From an uncultured Chloroflexia bacterium (GTDB taxonomy: Bacteria > Chloroflexota > Chloroflexia > QHBQ01 > JADMIH01): DNA of 64,000 nt. The stretch is taken from NCBI GenBank assembly GCA_963797095.1, contig CAWCNY010000003.1, forward strand, positions 640,001 to 704,000, given 5' to 3'. The notes below the pieces were generated by a model. The model was not told the DNA's origin, ran no database searches, and worked only from the letters and a program-made list of their open reading frames with translations. Both the position numbers and the translations under genes were made by a program. How positions within the stretch are numbered: position 1 is the stretch's first letter; every line of letters begins with the position of its first letter. Positions 37,848 through 48,658 of this stretch are shown piece after piece.

Positions 37848-37927
37848 ACCTGAGATTCAACTACTCTCTGCCCGGTAGCGCTCACTTGCCACACTAATCT
37901 TGATATTGGTCCGAATGCTCGGTGTGA

Positions 37928-38227
37928 CTACGCTTCTTCACTCCGGCGCCCCTCCATCCAGAGGCTCAGTCCAACGATCATGCCGGTAATAGCCAGGGCC
38001 ACCCCCAGCCAGATCGTATGCGCAAGCTCTCCATCCGGTTGATCCAGCTGCATAGCAGGTCCGGCAAAGGGCCCGGCCCACGCCGCCTCTATATCAGGCT
38101 GCGTCAGGAAGCCCAGGAGCGTCGCACCGCCGAAGAGCACAAGCAGGAATGCTGCCGCCAGCATGCTAACCGACCATGAGATGCGCGAAAGCGGCAGAAT
38201 GGGTGTTTCAGTGATATGAGTCGACAT
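37928..38227 (-). CDS. Small two-TM membrane protein
   Basis: AAGGAG RBS, two hydrophobic helices. Confidence 0.7.
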   Translation of the reverse strand: MSTHITETPILPLSRISWSVSMLAAAFLLVLFGGATLLGFLTQPDIEAAWAGPFAGPAMQLDQPDGELAHTIWLGVALAITGMIVGLSLWMEGRRSEEA

Positions 38228-38325
38228 AGCAAACTCCTTCTAAAGCCGGGCCAACCATAAGCCCGGCTGGCGTGTGGAACCTGCAACGTTCGCTTCTACC
38301 GGCAGCTTGCACCCACCGCAAGGGA

Positions 38326-38531
38326 AGAAATATAAACGCCGGCCCCTGGGTCGGGGCCGGCGTTGCCAAACCGAATAAGACGGAGGTTCCGGCCCGCGAC
38401 GGCGCAACTCTGTTCTGCCAGGGCAGATTCCACCGACTTCAGTGTAGCTCCCAAAGGTAGAGAGGCGGGTATAAGCGGGTTTCAAAACGGTGACAATCGC
38501 AGCGCCCGCCTGCTCTCCTGGCACACTCCGT
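38326..38531 (-). ncRNA. Candidate structured RNA plus terminator (6S-like or leader)
   Basis: Nested pairings ACGGAG/CTCCGT, GGCGC/GCGCC, CACCG/CGGTG over 38380-38531, then hairpin AACGCCGGCCCC...GGGGCCGGCGTT with TATATTTCTT tail on the minus strand. Confidence 0.35.
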
Positions 38532-38716
38532 GCAATACTCTAAACGTGGGCCTCTACCGTCCCCTGTAACTACTTTGTATCTGCTAACCGGTATAACACT
38601 ACCGGAATGGCGATGCCTCTTCCTCGGTCGCCCATTCTCCGGATCCCGTACAATACAAGAAACACCCTGGTCTAATGCCTTATAATGAAAGTAGCAAAAA
38701 CAATGGAGTTTTCGCC

Positions 38717-40336
<1,620 letters not shown>

Positions 40337-40402
40337 CCGGTAGTCTGTGATAATAGCCGCTCCTATTCTGACTACCTACTACCGACAACAAGGAGGCAAA
40401 CC

Positions 40403-41677
40403 ATGTTCAACGGCGACGTGGTAGAACTTATCAAAGACTGGGATAACAACCCGCGCTGGCAAGGCATCACCCGCCCATATTCGGCGGAAGATGTCGCCAA
40501 GTTGCGCGGCAGCATCCATATCGAGTATACCCTGGCCCGCATTGGCGCGGAGCGTCTCTGGAGCCTCCTCCACAACGAGCCATACGTAGCAACTCTGGGC
40601 GCGCTCACGGGCAACCAGGCCGTCCAGCAGGTCCGGGCCGGCCTCAAAGCCATCTACCTCAGCGGTTGGCAGGTGGCAGCCGATGCCAACCTGGCCGGGC
40701 AAATGTACCCCGACCAGAGCCTCTACCCGGCCAACAGCGTGCCCCAGGTGGTGCGCCGAATCAACTCTGCCCTCCAGCGCGCCGACCAGATCGACCACTC
40801 CGAGGGGCGCAACGCCACCTACTGGTTCGCTCCCGTTGTGGCCGATGGCGAGGCAGGCTTTGGCGGTCCCCTCAACGTCTTCGAAATGACCAAGGCCATG
40901 ATCGAAGCTGGGGCGTCGGGCGTCCACTTCGAGGACCAACTCGCCTCCGAGAAGAAGTGCGGCCACATGGGCGGCAAAGTGCTCCTCCCCACCCGCCAGG
41001 CCGTGCGCAACCTCACCGCTGCCCGCCTCGCCGCCGATGTCATGGGCGTGCCAACCCTCATCGTGGCCCGTACCGATGCCAACGCCGCCACTCTTATCAC
41101 CTCCGACATCGACCCCTACGACGCCCCCTTCATCACGGATGAGCGCACCATCGAGGGCTTTTACCAGGTGCGACACGGCCTCGACGCCGCCATCGCCCGC
41201 GGCCTCGCCTATGCGCAGTACGCCGACATGATCTGGTGCGAAACCTCCGAGCCGAACCTGGAGGAGGCCCGACGCTTCGCCACCGCCATCCACGAGCGCT
41301 TCCCCGGCAAGCTCCTTGCCTACAACTGCTCCCCCTCCTTCAACTGGAAGAAGAAGCTCGACCCTACAACGATAGCCCGCTTCCAGGACGAGCTAGGCGA
41401 GATGGGCTACAAGTTCCAGTTCGTGACGCTGGCTGGCTTCCACACCCTCAACCACGGCATGTTCAGCCTCGCTCACGGCTACCGCGACCGGGGCATGGCG
41501 GCCTACTCCGAGCTACAGGAGGCCGAATTCGCCTCCGAGGCCGATGGCTACAGCGCCACCAAACACCAGCGCGAGGTCGGCACAGGCTACTTCGATGAGG
41601 TCGCGCAGGTGATCTCGTCGGGCCAATCGTCCACCACGGCCCTGGCCGGAAGCACCGAGCAAGAGCAGTTCCATTGA
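40403..41677 (+). CDS. aceA: Isocitrate lyase
   Basis: [32 protein letters not shown]. Confidence 0.97.
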   Translation: MFNGDVVELIKDWDNNPRWQGITRPYSAEDVAKLRGSIHIEYTLARIGAERLWSLLHNEPYVATLGALTGNQAVQQVRAGLKAIYLSGWQVAADANLAGQMYPDQSLYPANSVPQVVRRINSALQRADQIDHSEGRNATYWFAPVVADGEAGFGGPLNVFEMTKAMIEAGASGVHFEDQLASEKKCGHMGGKVLLPTRQAVRNLTAARLAADVMGVPTLIVARTDANAATLITSDIDPYDAPFITDERTIEGFYQVRHGLDAAIARGLAYAQYADMIWCETSEPNLEEARRFATAIHERFPGKLLAYNCSPSFNWKKKLDPTTIARFQDELGEMGYKFQFVTLAGFHTLNHGMFSLAHGYRDRGMAAYSELQEAEFASEADGYSATKHQREVGTGYFDEVAQVISSGQSSTTALAGSTEQEQFH

Positions 41678-41738
41678 TAAACTCCCATCGGGACTGACCG
41701 GCTATATACCCAAAGGTCCACTCTCTTTTGAATTGTGT

Positions 41739-41764
41739 GGCGGCTCCAGACGAGCCGCCTTTTC
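41739..41764 (+). terminator. Intrinsic terminator after aceA
   Basis: GGCGGCTC-caga-CGAGCCGCC-TTTT. Confidence 0.7.
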
Positions 41765-41861
41765 CCTGCCCCTATTAACTAAATGACATTGGCAGGCCAA
41801 ATCTGGACACGTTCAGACCCGTACTTTTGGGGGATTTTTCGGCGAAATTTCCACCAACCAC

Positions 41862-41925
41862 TTGACAACGCTAATTGCGCGCAGTATATTTAGTTAGGCT
41901 AATACTTAATTTACCTAACTAAATA
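41862..41925 (+). promoter_or_regulatory. Sigma70 promoter and MarR operator
   Basis: TTGACA-17-TATATT; perfect IR TATTTAGTTAGG-N15-CCTAACTAAATA. Confidence 0.85.
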
Positions 41926-41927
41926 AT

Positions 41928-42398
41928 ATGGACCTAGAACTGACAAGCGAAAACGCCACCGCACAAAAGCTCCTGGAGACCTTTGGTCGCTTCAGGCGGC
42001 ATGGCTGGCGGCAGGCGCCTATCGAGGACCTGACCCCAAGTGAGATGGCCCTCCTTTTTGCCATCAAAAGGACCATCCAGGAAAGCGGCACGGGCGCGAA
42101 GGTATCTGATCTGAGTGCCTTACTCAGCGTTGCACCTCCAACGGTCACCCAGCAGCTAAACAGCCTGGATGCCAGGGGTTACATCGCAAGGCATATAGAT
42201 CCCGACGACAGGCGCGTGATCCGCGTCACCGTTACCGAGAGCGGCGAAGAGATTATTCGGAAAGCCCACCACGCATTTATAGAGTCCATAACCGGCCTTG
42301 TTGAATACCTGGGCGAGGCAGATAGCGAAACGCTGGCGGACCTTATGGAAAAGGTCTACACCTACTTCCAGGAAGCCTCCACGACACGAGGAAGATAG
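41928..42398 (+). CDS. MarR-family regulator
   Basis: LTPSE, VAPPTVTQQLNSL..GYI.R..DP.DRRV..V.VTESG. Confidence 0.92.
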   Translation: MDLELTSENATAQKLLETFGRFRRHGWRQAPIEDLTPSEMALLFAIKRTIQESGTGAKVSDLSALLSVAPPTVTQQLNSLDARGYIARHIDPDDRRVIRVTVTESGEEIIRKAHHAFIESITGLVEYLGEADSETLADLMEKVYTYFQEASTTRGR

Positions 42399-42505
42399 AC
42401 CCGACCCCGCCTTGGCGGCAACACCTATTGCAACATTCCCACCTGAGAAACGTAAATCCCCTTGATCAAGCAGCAACAATTCTCCAATATCCGTCTAATG
42501 GAGTA

Positions 42506-42567
42506 TTGACAACGCCTCTGCTCTGATCTATAGTAGCATAACGATATATCGCTACATATCACGATAC
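42506..42567 (+). promoter_or_regulatory. Sigma70 promoter with a different palindromic operator
   Basis: TTGACA-17-TATAGT; CGATATATCG at 42542-42551. Confidence 0.65.
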
Positions 42568-42584
42568 CGTGTGAGGATAACCAT

Positions 42585-44315
42585 ATGATACAGTTATTCA
42601 AGTTCTTGAAACCATTCGCTATAGCGGTGGCAGCAATCCTAGTGTTCGTCTTCTTGCAGGCTCTCTCCGACCTGTTTCTACCCAGATTGATGGGTGACAT
42701 CGTTGACCAGGGCGTTGTGAGGGGCGACACCGACTATATATGGCGCATCGGCGGCTTCATGCTGCTGGTAGCCGCAGGCGGGGGCCTTTGCTCGGTGCTG
42801 GCGACCTATCTTTCGTCGCGCACAGCCACCGGCTTCGGGCGGAACCTGCGCAGCCGGGTCTTTTCGACTGTAACGGGCTTCTCGCTCAATGAGTTCGACA
42901 AGCTGGGCACAGCCACTCTGATCACCAGGACCACCAACGACATCACCCAGGTGCAGCAGGTCCTCATCATTATTATGCGCATGATGATCTACGCCCCACT
43001 TATGATGATCGGCGGTATCATCCTGGCCATATCCACCGATGCTACCCTCTCGCTCTTGCTGGTGGTGGTGCTGCCTGTGCTGGCCGCGGCCATTGCCCTC
43101 ATCGCGACAAGGGCCGTTCCCCTCTTCCGAGCCATGCAGAAGAAGCTGGACAAAGTGAATCTGGTGCTTCGCGAGAATCTCACGGGCATCAGAGTGATCC
43201 GGGCTTTCAACCGCACTGACTATGAGAAGAAGCGCTTCGGCGTGGCAAACAACGACCTCACCGAGACCGCCATCAAAGTCAACAGGATTATGGCCTTGCT
43301 GATGCCGGTGCTCCTGCTCATTATGAACTTCACATCGATCTCCATCATCTGGTTTGGCGGCATCAGGATCAACGACGGCGATATGCAGGTGGGCGCGCTG
43401 ATAGCGTTCCTCCAATATGCTATGCAGATCATGTTCTCCCTGCTGATGCTTTCGATGCTGTTCGTGATGGTGCCACGCGCCCAGGCTTCGGCGGTCAGGA
43501 TCAACGAGGTCCTCAACATGACCACCGAGATCAACGATCCCGCAACCCCCAGGGCCCCTACCGCCGAGAAGGGCGTGGTCGAGTTCCGAGATGTCACCTT
43601 CAGCTACCCCGGCGCGGAGCAACCCGCTCTATCCGACATCTCATTCACAGCCAATCCCGGCGAGGTGGTCGCCATCATAGGCGGCACAGGCTCCGGCAAG
43701 TCCACTTTGATCAACCTGATCCCTCGCTTCTACGACGTGGACAGCGGGGCAATCCTGGTAGACGGTGTAGACATAAGGGATATGTCGCAGGAAACCCTGC
43801 GCGCCAAGATCGGTCTGGTAGCCCAGCAGGCCATCCTCTTCACCGGCTCGGTCACCGACAATATCAAGTTCGGCAAAGAGGACGCTTCCGAAGAGGATGT
43901 AACGCAAGCCGCCGAGACCTCCCAGGCTATGGAGTTTATCTCCAACATGAAGGACGGGTTCGATTCGGTCATTTCACAGGGCGGCACCAACGTATCGGGC
44001 GGCCAAAAGCAGCGTCTCTCGATAGCACGCGCCCTCGTCAGGAAGCCTGAGATATACCTGTTCGACGATAGCTTCTCGGCCCTCGACTTCAAGACCGACG
44101 CCAAACTGCGCGCAGCATTGAAGACCGAAACCGCCAACGCGACGATGATTGTAGTGGCCCAGAGGGTAAGTACCGTACTGGATGCCGACAAGATAATAGT
44201 GCTTGAGGAAGGCAGGATCGCCGGCATAGGCAACCACAGACAGCTTATGAAGACCAGCGAGATATACAGAGAAATCGTAGCTTCGCAGCTCTCCGAGGAG
44301 GAAATCGCAGCATGA
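42585..44315 (+). CDS. ABC exporter, fused TMD-NBD (degenerate-site half)
   Basis: GGTGSGKST, VSGGQKQR, YLFDDSFSALD, AQRVST. Confidence 0.95.
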   Translation: MIQLFKFLKPFAIAVAAILVFVFLQALSDLFLPRLMGDIVDQGVVRGDTDYIWRIGGFMLLVAAGGGLCSVLATYLSSRTATGFGRNLRSRVFSTVTGFSLNEFDKLGTATLITRTTNDITQVQQVLIIIMRMMIYAPLMMIGGIILAISTDATLSLLLVVVLPVLAAAIALIATRAVPLFRAMQKKLDKVNLVLRENLTGIRVIRAFNRTDYEKKRFGVANNDLTETAIKVNRIMALLMPVLLLIMNFTSISIIWFGGIRINDGDMQVGALIAFLQYAMQIMFSLLMLSMLFVMVPRAQASAVRINEVLNMTTEINDPATPRAPTAEKGVVEFRDVTFSYPGAEQPALSDISFTANPGEVVAIIGGTGSGKSTLINLIPRFYDVDSGAILVDGVDIRDMSQETLRAKIGLVAQQAILFTGSVTDNIKFGKEDASEEDVTQAAETSQAMEFISNMKDGFDSVISQGGTNVSGGQKQRLSIARALVRKPEIYLFDDSFSALDFKTDAKLRAALKTETANATMIVVAQRVSTVLDADKIIVLEEGRIAGIGNHRQLMKTSEIYREIVASQLSEEEIAA

Positions 44316-46291
44316 GCGCGCAACCTAAAGACAACAGAAACCCGGCGCAACAGGGCAACGCCCCCGCCGGCGGACCACCACCCCAGGGCGGAGGCATGAG
44401 GCCCGGCGGCGGGCCTGGCAGAGGCGGCCCAATGGGCGGTATGCTGTCCATGCCGGTCCAGAAGCCCAAAGACTTCAAGGGCACCGGGCGCAGGCTCCTT
44501 GGATACCTGAAGCCATACAGAATGCAGCTAGTCGTTGTGCTGCTGGCGGCGGTGATCAGCACCGTATTCACCATCGTCGGCCCCAAGATCATGGGCGAGG
44601 CGACCACCAAGCTCTTTGAGGGCCTGATGGCTAAGGTACAGGGAGTGCCGGGCGCGTCTATAGATTTCGGCGGCATCGCCACGATCCTGCTGGTAGTCGC
44701 CGGGCTATACGTCATAAGCTCCATATTCAGCTACGTACAGCAATATCTGATGGCCGGCGTAGCTCAGAGAACCGTCTACGATATGAGGCGCGACGTGGAC
44801 GACAAGCTATCTCGCCTGCCTCTCAAGTTCTTCGACGCCCGCACCCACGGCGAGATCCTGAGCCGGGTGACTAACGACGTGGACAACATCTCCGCTACGT
44901 TACAGCAAAGCGCCACCCAGTTGATCACCTCTCTCTTGTCGATCGTCGGTGTGATCATCATGATGCTCACAATCAGCTTCTGGCTGACCCTGATCGCGCT
45001 GGTGACTGTGCCCCTCTCGATGTTCATCGCCAGTTTCGTGGCCCGCCGCTCGCAAAAGCTGTTTGCGGCTCAGCAGAAATCGCTGGGAGAGCTGAACGGC
45101 CACGTAGAGGAGATGTACACGGGACACAGGATCGTGAAGGTGTACGGTCGAGAAGAGGACTCGCTTGAGAAGTTCGACGTTATCAACGAAAGGCTGTACG
45201 ACGCGGGCTGGAAGGCGCAGTTCATCTCGGGCCTGATCATGCCTCTCCTCCAATTCGTGAACAACATCGGCTACGTGTTCGTGGCGGTGCTGGGCGGCAT
45301 CATGGTCACGCAGGGCACGCTCCCTATAGGCGACGTGCAGGCATTCATCCAGTACTCCAGGCAGTTCTCCTGGCCGATCACTCAGGTAGCCAGTATCGCC
45401 AACGTGCTACAGCTGGCCGTGGCCTCTGCCGAGCGCGTGTTCGAATTGCTCGACGAGGAAGAGGAAGTGCCTGAGAGCGCCAACCCCAAGATCATCGAGT
45501 TCCCGCGAGGCGATGTGCGCTTCCAGGACGTGGACTTCCGCTACAAGGCCGATGTGCCTTTGATCGACGATATGAACATCGACGTCAAGTCGGGCCACAC
45601 GATCGCCATAGTAGGGCCAACAGGCGCGGGCAAGACCACCCTGGTCAACCTCCTGATGCGGTTCTACGAGATCGACGGCGGAAAGATCAGCGTAGATGGC
45701 GTGGATATCCGCGATATGAAGCGCGGCCAACTGCGCAACATTTTCGGTATGGTGCTGCAAGATACGTGGCTGTTCAACGGCACGATTCGCGACAACATCG
45801 CCTACGGCAGGCCCGAAGCCTCCGAGGAGGAGATTGTGGAAGCCGCGAAGATGGCCCACGCCGACCACTTTATCCGCACCCTGCCCGACGGCTACGATAC
45901 GGTGCTGAACGAGGAAGCGTCGAACATCTCGCAAGGGCAGAAGCAGTTGCTTGCCATCGCCCGCGCGGTGCTCGCCAACCCCGCTATCCTGATCCTCGAC
46001 GAGGCCACAAGCAGCGTCGACACCAGAACCGAGGTGCTCATCCAGCATGCTATGGAAGCGCTCATGGCGGGCCGCACAAGCTTTGTGATCGCCCACAGGC
46101 TCTCCACGATCCGAGATGCCGACCTGATCCTGGTGATGAACGACGGCAGCGTGATCGAGAAGGGCACCCACAAGGAACTCCTTGCAGCGGGCGGCTTCTA
46201 CGCCGACCTCTACAACAGCCAGTTCACAGGCGGCGCGCTCAAGCCTGAGCCGCAGCTGGCGATGGCAGCCGCCCCGGCGGCAGCCTCGTAA
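44312..46291 (+). CDS. ABC exporter, fused TMD-NBD (consensus-site half)
   Basis: GPTGAGKTT, ISQGQKQL, ILDEATSSVD, AHRLST; ATGA overlap with its partner. Confidence 0.95.
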   Translation: MSAQPKDNRNPAQQGNAPAGGPPPQGGGMRPGGGPGRGGPMGGMLSMPVQKPKDFKGTGRRLLGYLKPYRMQLVVVLLAAVISTVFTIVGPKIMGEATTKLFEGLMAKVQGVPGASIDFGGIATILLVVAGLYVISSIFSYVQQYLMAGVAQRTVYDMRRDVDDKLSRLPLKFFDARTHGEILSRVTNDVDNISATLQQSATQLITSLLSIVGVIIMMLTISFWLTLIALVTVPLSMFIASFVARRSQKLFAAQQKSLGELNGHVEEMYTGHRIVKVYGREEDSLEKFDVINERLYDAGWKAQFISGLIMPLLQFVNNIGYVFVAVLGGIMVTQGTLPIGDVQAFIQYSRQFSWPITQVASIANVLQLAVASAERVFELLDEEEEVPESANPKIIEFPRGDVRFQDVDFRYKADVPLIDDMNIDVKSGHTIAIVGPTGAGKTTLVNLLMRFYEIDGGKISVDGVDIRDMKRGQLRNIFGMVLQDTWLFNGTIRDNIAYGRPEASEEEIVEAAKMAHADHFIRTLPDGYDTVLNEEASNISQGQKQLLAIARAVLANPAILILDEATSSVDTRTEVLIQHAMEALMAGRTSFVIAHRLSTIRDADLILVMNDGSVIEKGTHKELLAAGGFYADLYNSQFTGGALKPEPQLAMAAAPAAAS

Positions 46292-46306
46292 CTTCCGGCA
46301 ACAGAT

Positions 46307-46611
46307 AACCTTGAAAGCCATGCCCATTTATGGGCTGTGGTTCGGCTGATAAAAGGTTGCTCATAGTCTCTCCTTTGTCGCATAATTGAAGTAACGTGGA
46401 AGCTAACCAATGCTACACGCCACTATTGCCTTCGGGTAGTAGTCCGCACTTTGATAATGCAAGATGTTAGCGGGTTGTTGCACGAAACCCTTGTGCAGCG
46501 TAAAAGCATCTTAGGTGTCTCCTATAGTGCAACCTTAATGGCATATGGATGAGTATGCATCGGTGCAAAACCGTAGAAGCTGCTGGCGTTTACGCCATGC
46601 GGAGTCATCAC
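46307..46611 (+). mobile_element. Non-autonomous IS200/IS605-type element carrying a structured RNA (copy 1)
   Basis: Left-end hairpin aaagccatgcccatttatgggctgtggt, TTGCTC-18-CATAAT promoter, conserved RNA core from AGCTAACC at 46401, right-end hairpin TGGCG-TTTA-CGCCA then TCAC; homologous to 61734-62064; left boundary approximate. Confidence 0.7.
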
Positions 46612-47312
46612 CACTCCACCCAATCACCCTCGGGGTGTACCCACACCGAAGTGGCAGGCGGCCCCGCGAACATCTTTTGCACACCTTCCATGAACCCCGG
46701 CTGAGAATAGTACTCGCCCATTCCCGCCGGGCTGATCCACATATCCACAGCGAAAAGCTCCAGCGCCTGCGGAGAATCCGGTGAGGCCATCCGCACATAT
46801 ACTTCGTGCGAAATATCGCCCGCCCTCCTCGCCTTGTTCACCTCACCGCTCACAATCGCGTTGTGAGCCTCCCGCGCATCCTCAATCGAGCGCACCGTCC
46901 CGCGCACCACCGCAACGATTCGCTCGTTCTGGCCGTATGGCGCCGGCAGGTGGTAACTGAGAAAGCCCGGAGCGGGTGCCCACACTACAGGGTCGCGCTT
47001 GCTGAAGATCTGCCCGGCCTGCTCCTGCACTGTCGGGTTGGCGAAGAACTGCCCAAGCCCATCCATGCTGTTCCACACGTCCAGGATAAGGAACTCGCCC
47101 GGCTCGGACCCAGGCCAACCCGCCGGTACATACACCATGTGGCTCAGGTCGCCTAGCGCCTGTGCAGCCGCCACATTTTGGGGCGCTCCCGCCGTCGAGT
47201 TATGCACCTGGCGGGCGTCCTCCAGCGTCGCGGGGGCAAGCTCGCCGCGAATCGTAAGGAGATACCACGGTAAGTTCTGCGGCCCGTTTGCCGTTTCCTG
47301 AGAGTTGTCCAT
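46608..47312 (-). CDS. Hypothetical protein with two repeated alpha/beta-barrel-like halves
   Basis: Internal duplication ARQVHN..GDLSHMVY..DVW / AREAHN..GDISHEVY..DMW; AAGGAG RBS. Confidence 0.8.
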   Translation of the reverse strand: MDNSQETANGPQNLPWYLLTIRGELAPATLEDARQVHNSTAGAPQNVAAAQALGDLSHMVYVPAGWPGSEPGEFLILDVWNSMDGLGQFFANPTVQEQAGQIFSKRDPVVWAPAPGFLSYHLPAPYGQNERIVAVVRGTVRSIEDAREAHNAIVSGEVNKARRAGDISHEVYVRMASPDSPQALELFAVDMWISPAGMGEYYSQPGFMEGVQKMFAGPPATSVWVHPEGDWVEW

Positions 47313-47361
47313 TGCTTACTCCTTTGCGTCATTCAGAACGATCCATGACTTGCGTCATCAA

Positions 47362-47392
47362 ATAAGACGGCAAAGAAGCGCAAAACTAATCG
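47362..47392 (-). promoter_or_regulatory. Candidate ECF (SigG-type) promoter
   Basis: Minus-strand CGATTA-N18-GTCTTAT between the sigma gene and the downstream ORF. Confidence 0.45.
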
Positions 47393-47409
47393 GTCAACTC
47401 TTCAAATCC

Positions 47410-48444
47410 TCAAATCTCCAACGGCAGCCCAAAACCACGGAAAAGCCCCTCGTCCACAGCCAGGAAGTCGTCCACCTGAGCGACCTCCCCTCCGGCGATA
47501 GTGAGCACCTGCAAAGCGGCAGCGCGATATGGCCCACCCTCACCCCGCTCATAGACGGCGAAAGCCGGGGCACCGTTAGCCCGCGTGGCGACAAGCCTGA
47601 AACGACCTTCATCGCCACCACCGAATAGGGTAGCCGCGATAAACCGCCGTATAGCCTCGCGCCCGCGATACCACGCCCGCGACGGCGGCATAGTCAGCAC
47701 CGCGTCGTCGCGCAACAGCGCGATAAGAGCCGTCAGATCGGCGGCTTCCCAGGCGGCCACGTACTTATCGAGCAGTGACGCCAGGTCCGCATCCGAGGTG
47801 GCCGCCACCGAGGCGGGCGACCTCCCCTCCCACTCCCGCTTCATCGTGGCCCGCGCCCTCTGTAGCGCGCTGTTCACCGCTTCCACGCTTGTATCGAGCA
47901 GGTGAGCCACCTCAGCCGCCCGCCACGCAAGCACATCCCGCAGGATCAGCACCGCACGCTGGCGTCCAGGCAGGCTCTGAAGTGCCGCGAGAAACGCCAG
48001 CGTGGTGGCCTCCCGCGCCTCGTACCGAGCCTCCGGGTTCGACGCCTGCCTCTCATCGACGAGCGCATCGGGCAGCGGTTCAAGCCACACGCGCTCGGTC
48101 GAGGGCACCGGCAGCGGATCTTGCGGGTCGGCGGGCGCGCCCAACGAAGTCGGCATTACGCGAGCCTGCCTGCCTCTCAGGGCATCCAGTGCCGTATTGG
48201 TCGCGATCTTGTAGAGCCACGCCCGCAAGGTGGCCCGCCCCTCGAACGAAGCCAACCCTCGCCAGGCGCGCAGCAGCGCCTCCTGCAAAATATCCTCAGC
48301 ATCCTCCAGGGAGCCGAGCAGACGATAGCAGTGCACCAGCAATTCGCGCTGGTACGGATCGATCAGGCGCTGGAAAGCATCCTGGTCACCTACCGGGAGA
48401 GCAGCAAGGCGGAGTGTTGCATCCGCGCTATTGGTCTCAATCAT
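47410..48444 (-). CDS. ECF sigma-70 factor with C-terminal SnoaL-like domain (SigG-like)
   Basis: ELLVHCYRLLGS..DAED, WLYKIATN, WLEPLPD, QRAVLILRDVL, VNSALQRAR, TRANGAPA. Confidence 0.92.
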   Translation of the reverse strand: MIETNSADATLRLAALPVGDQDAFQRLIDPYQRELLVHCYRLLGSLEDAEDILQEALLRAWRGLASFEGRATLRAWLYKIATNTALDALRGRQARVMPTSLGAPADPQDPLPVPSTERVWLEPLPDALVDERQASNPEARYEAREATTLAFLAALQSLPGRQRAVLILRDVLAWRAAEVAHLLDTSVEAVNSALQRARATMKREWEGRSPASVAATSDADLASLLDKYVAAWEAADLTALIALLRDDAVLTMPPSRAWYRGREAIRRFIAATLFGGGDEGRFRLVATRANGAPAFAVYERGEGGPYRAAALQVLTIAGGEVAQVDDFLAVDEGLFRGFGLPLEI

Positions 48445-48525
48445 TGGCTTTTGTATGCTCAGTCTATCACCATACAAAGGATAAAACAATATGCGGTTCC
48501 AATCGCAAGTGACCTTCCACAAATA

Positions 48526-48607
48526 GCACAAATGTTCAAAACTCGCGCTCGATTCCCTTGACATCCGTAAGCAGGGGATCTATGCTACTTTGGTAGAACA
48601 AAGGTTC
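48526..48607 (+). promoter_or_regulatory. Sigma70 promoter bracketed by two LexA (SOS) boxes
   Basis: GCACAAATGTTC 48526-48537; TTGACA 48558-17-TATGCT 48581; GAACAAAGGTTC 48596-48607. Confidence 0.8.
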
Positions 48608-48658
48608 CATAAATAGCTGCCCATTCCTCGGGAGAGACGGCAGATCGGAGATGCACGG

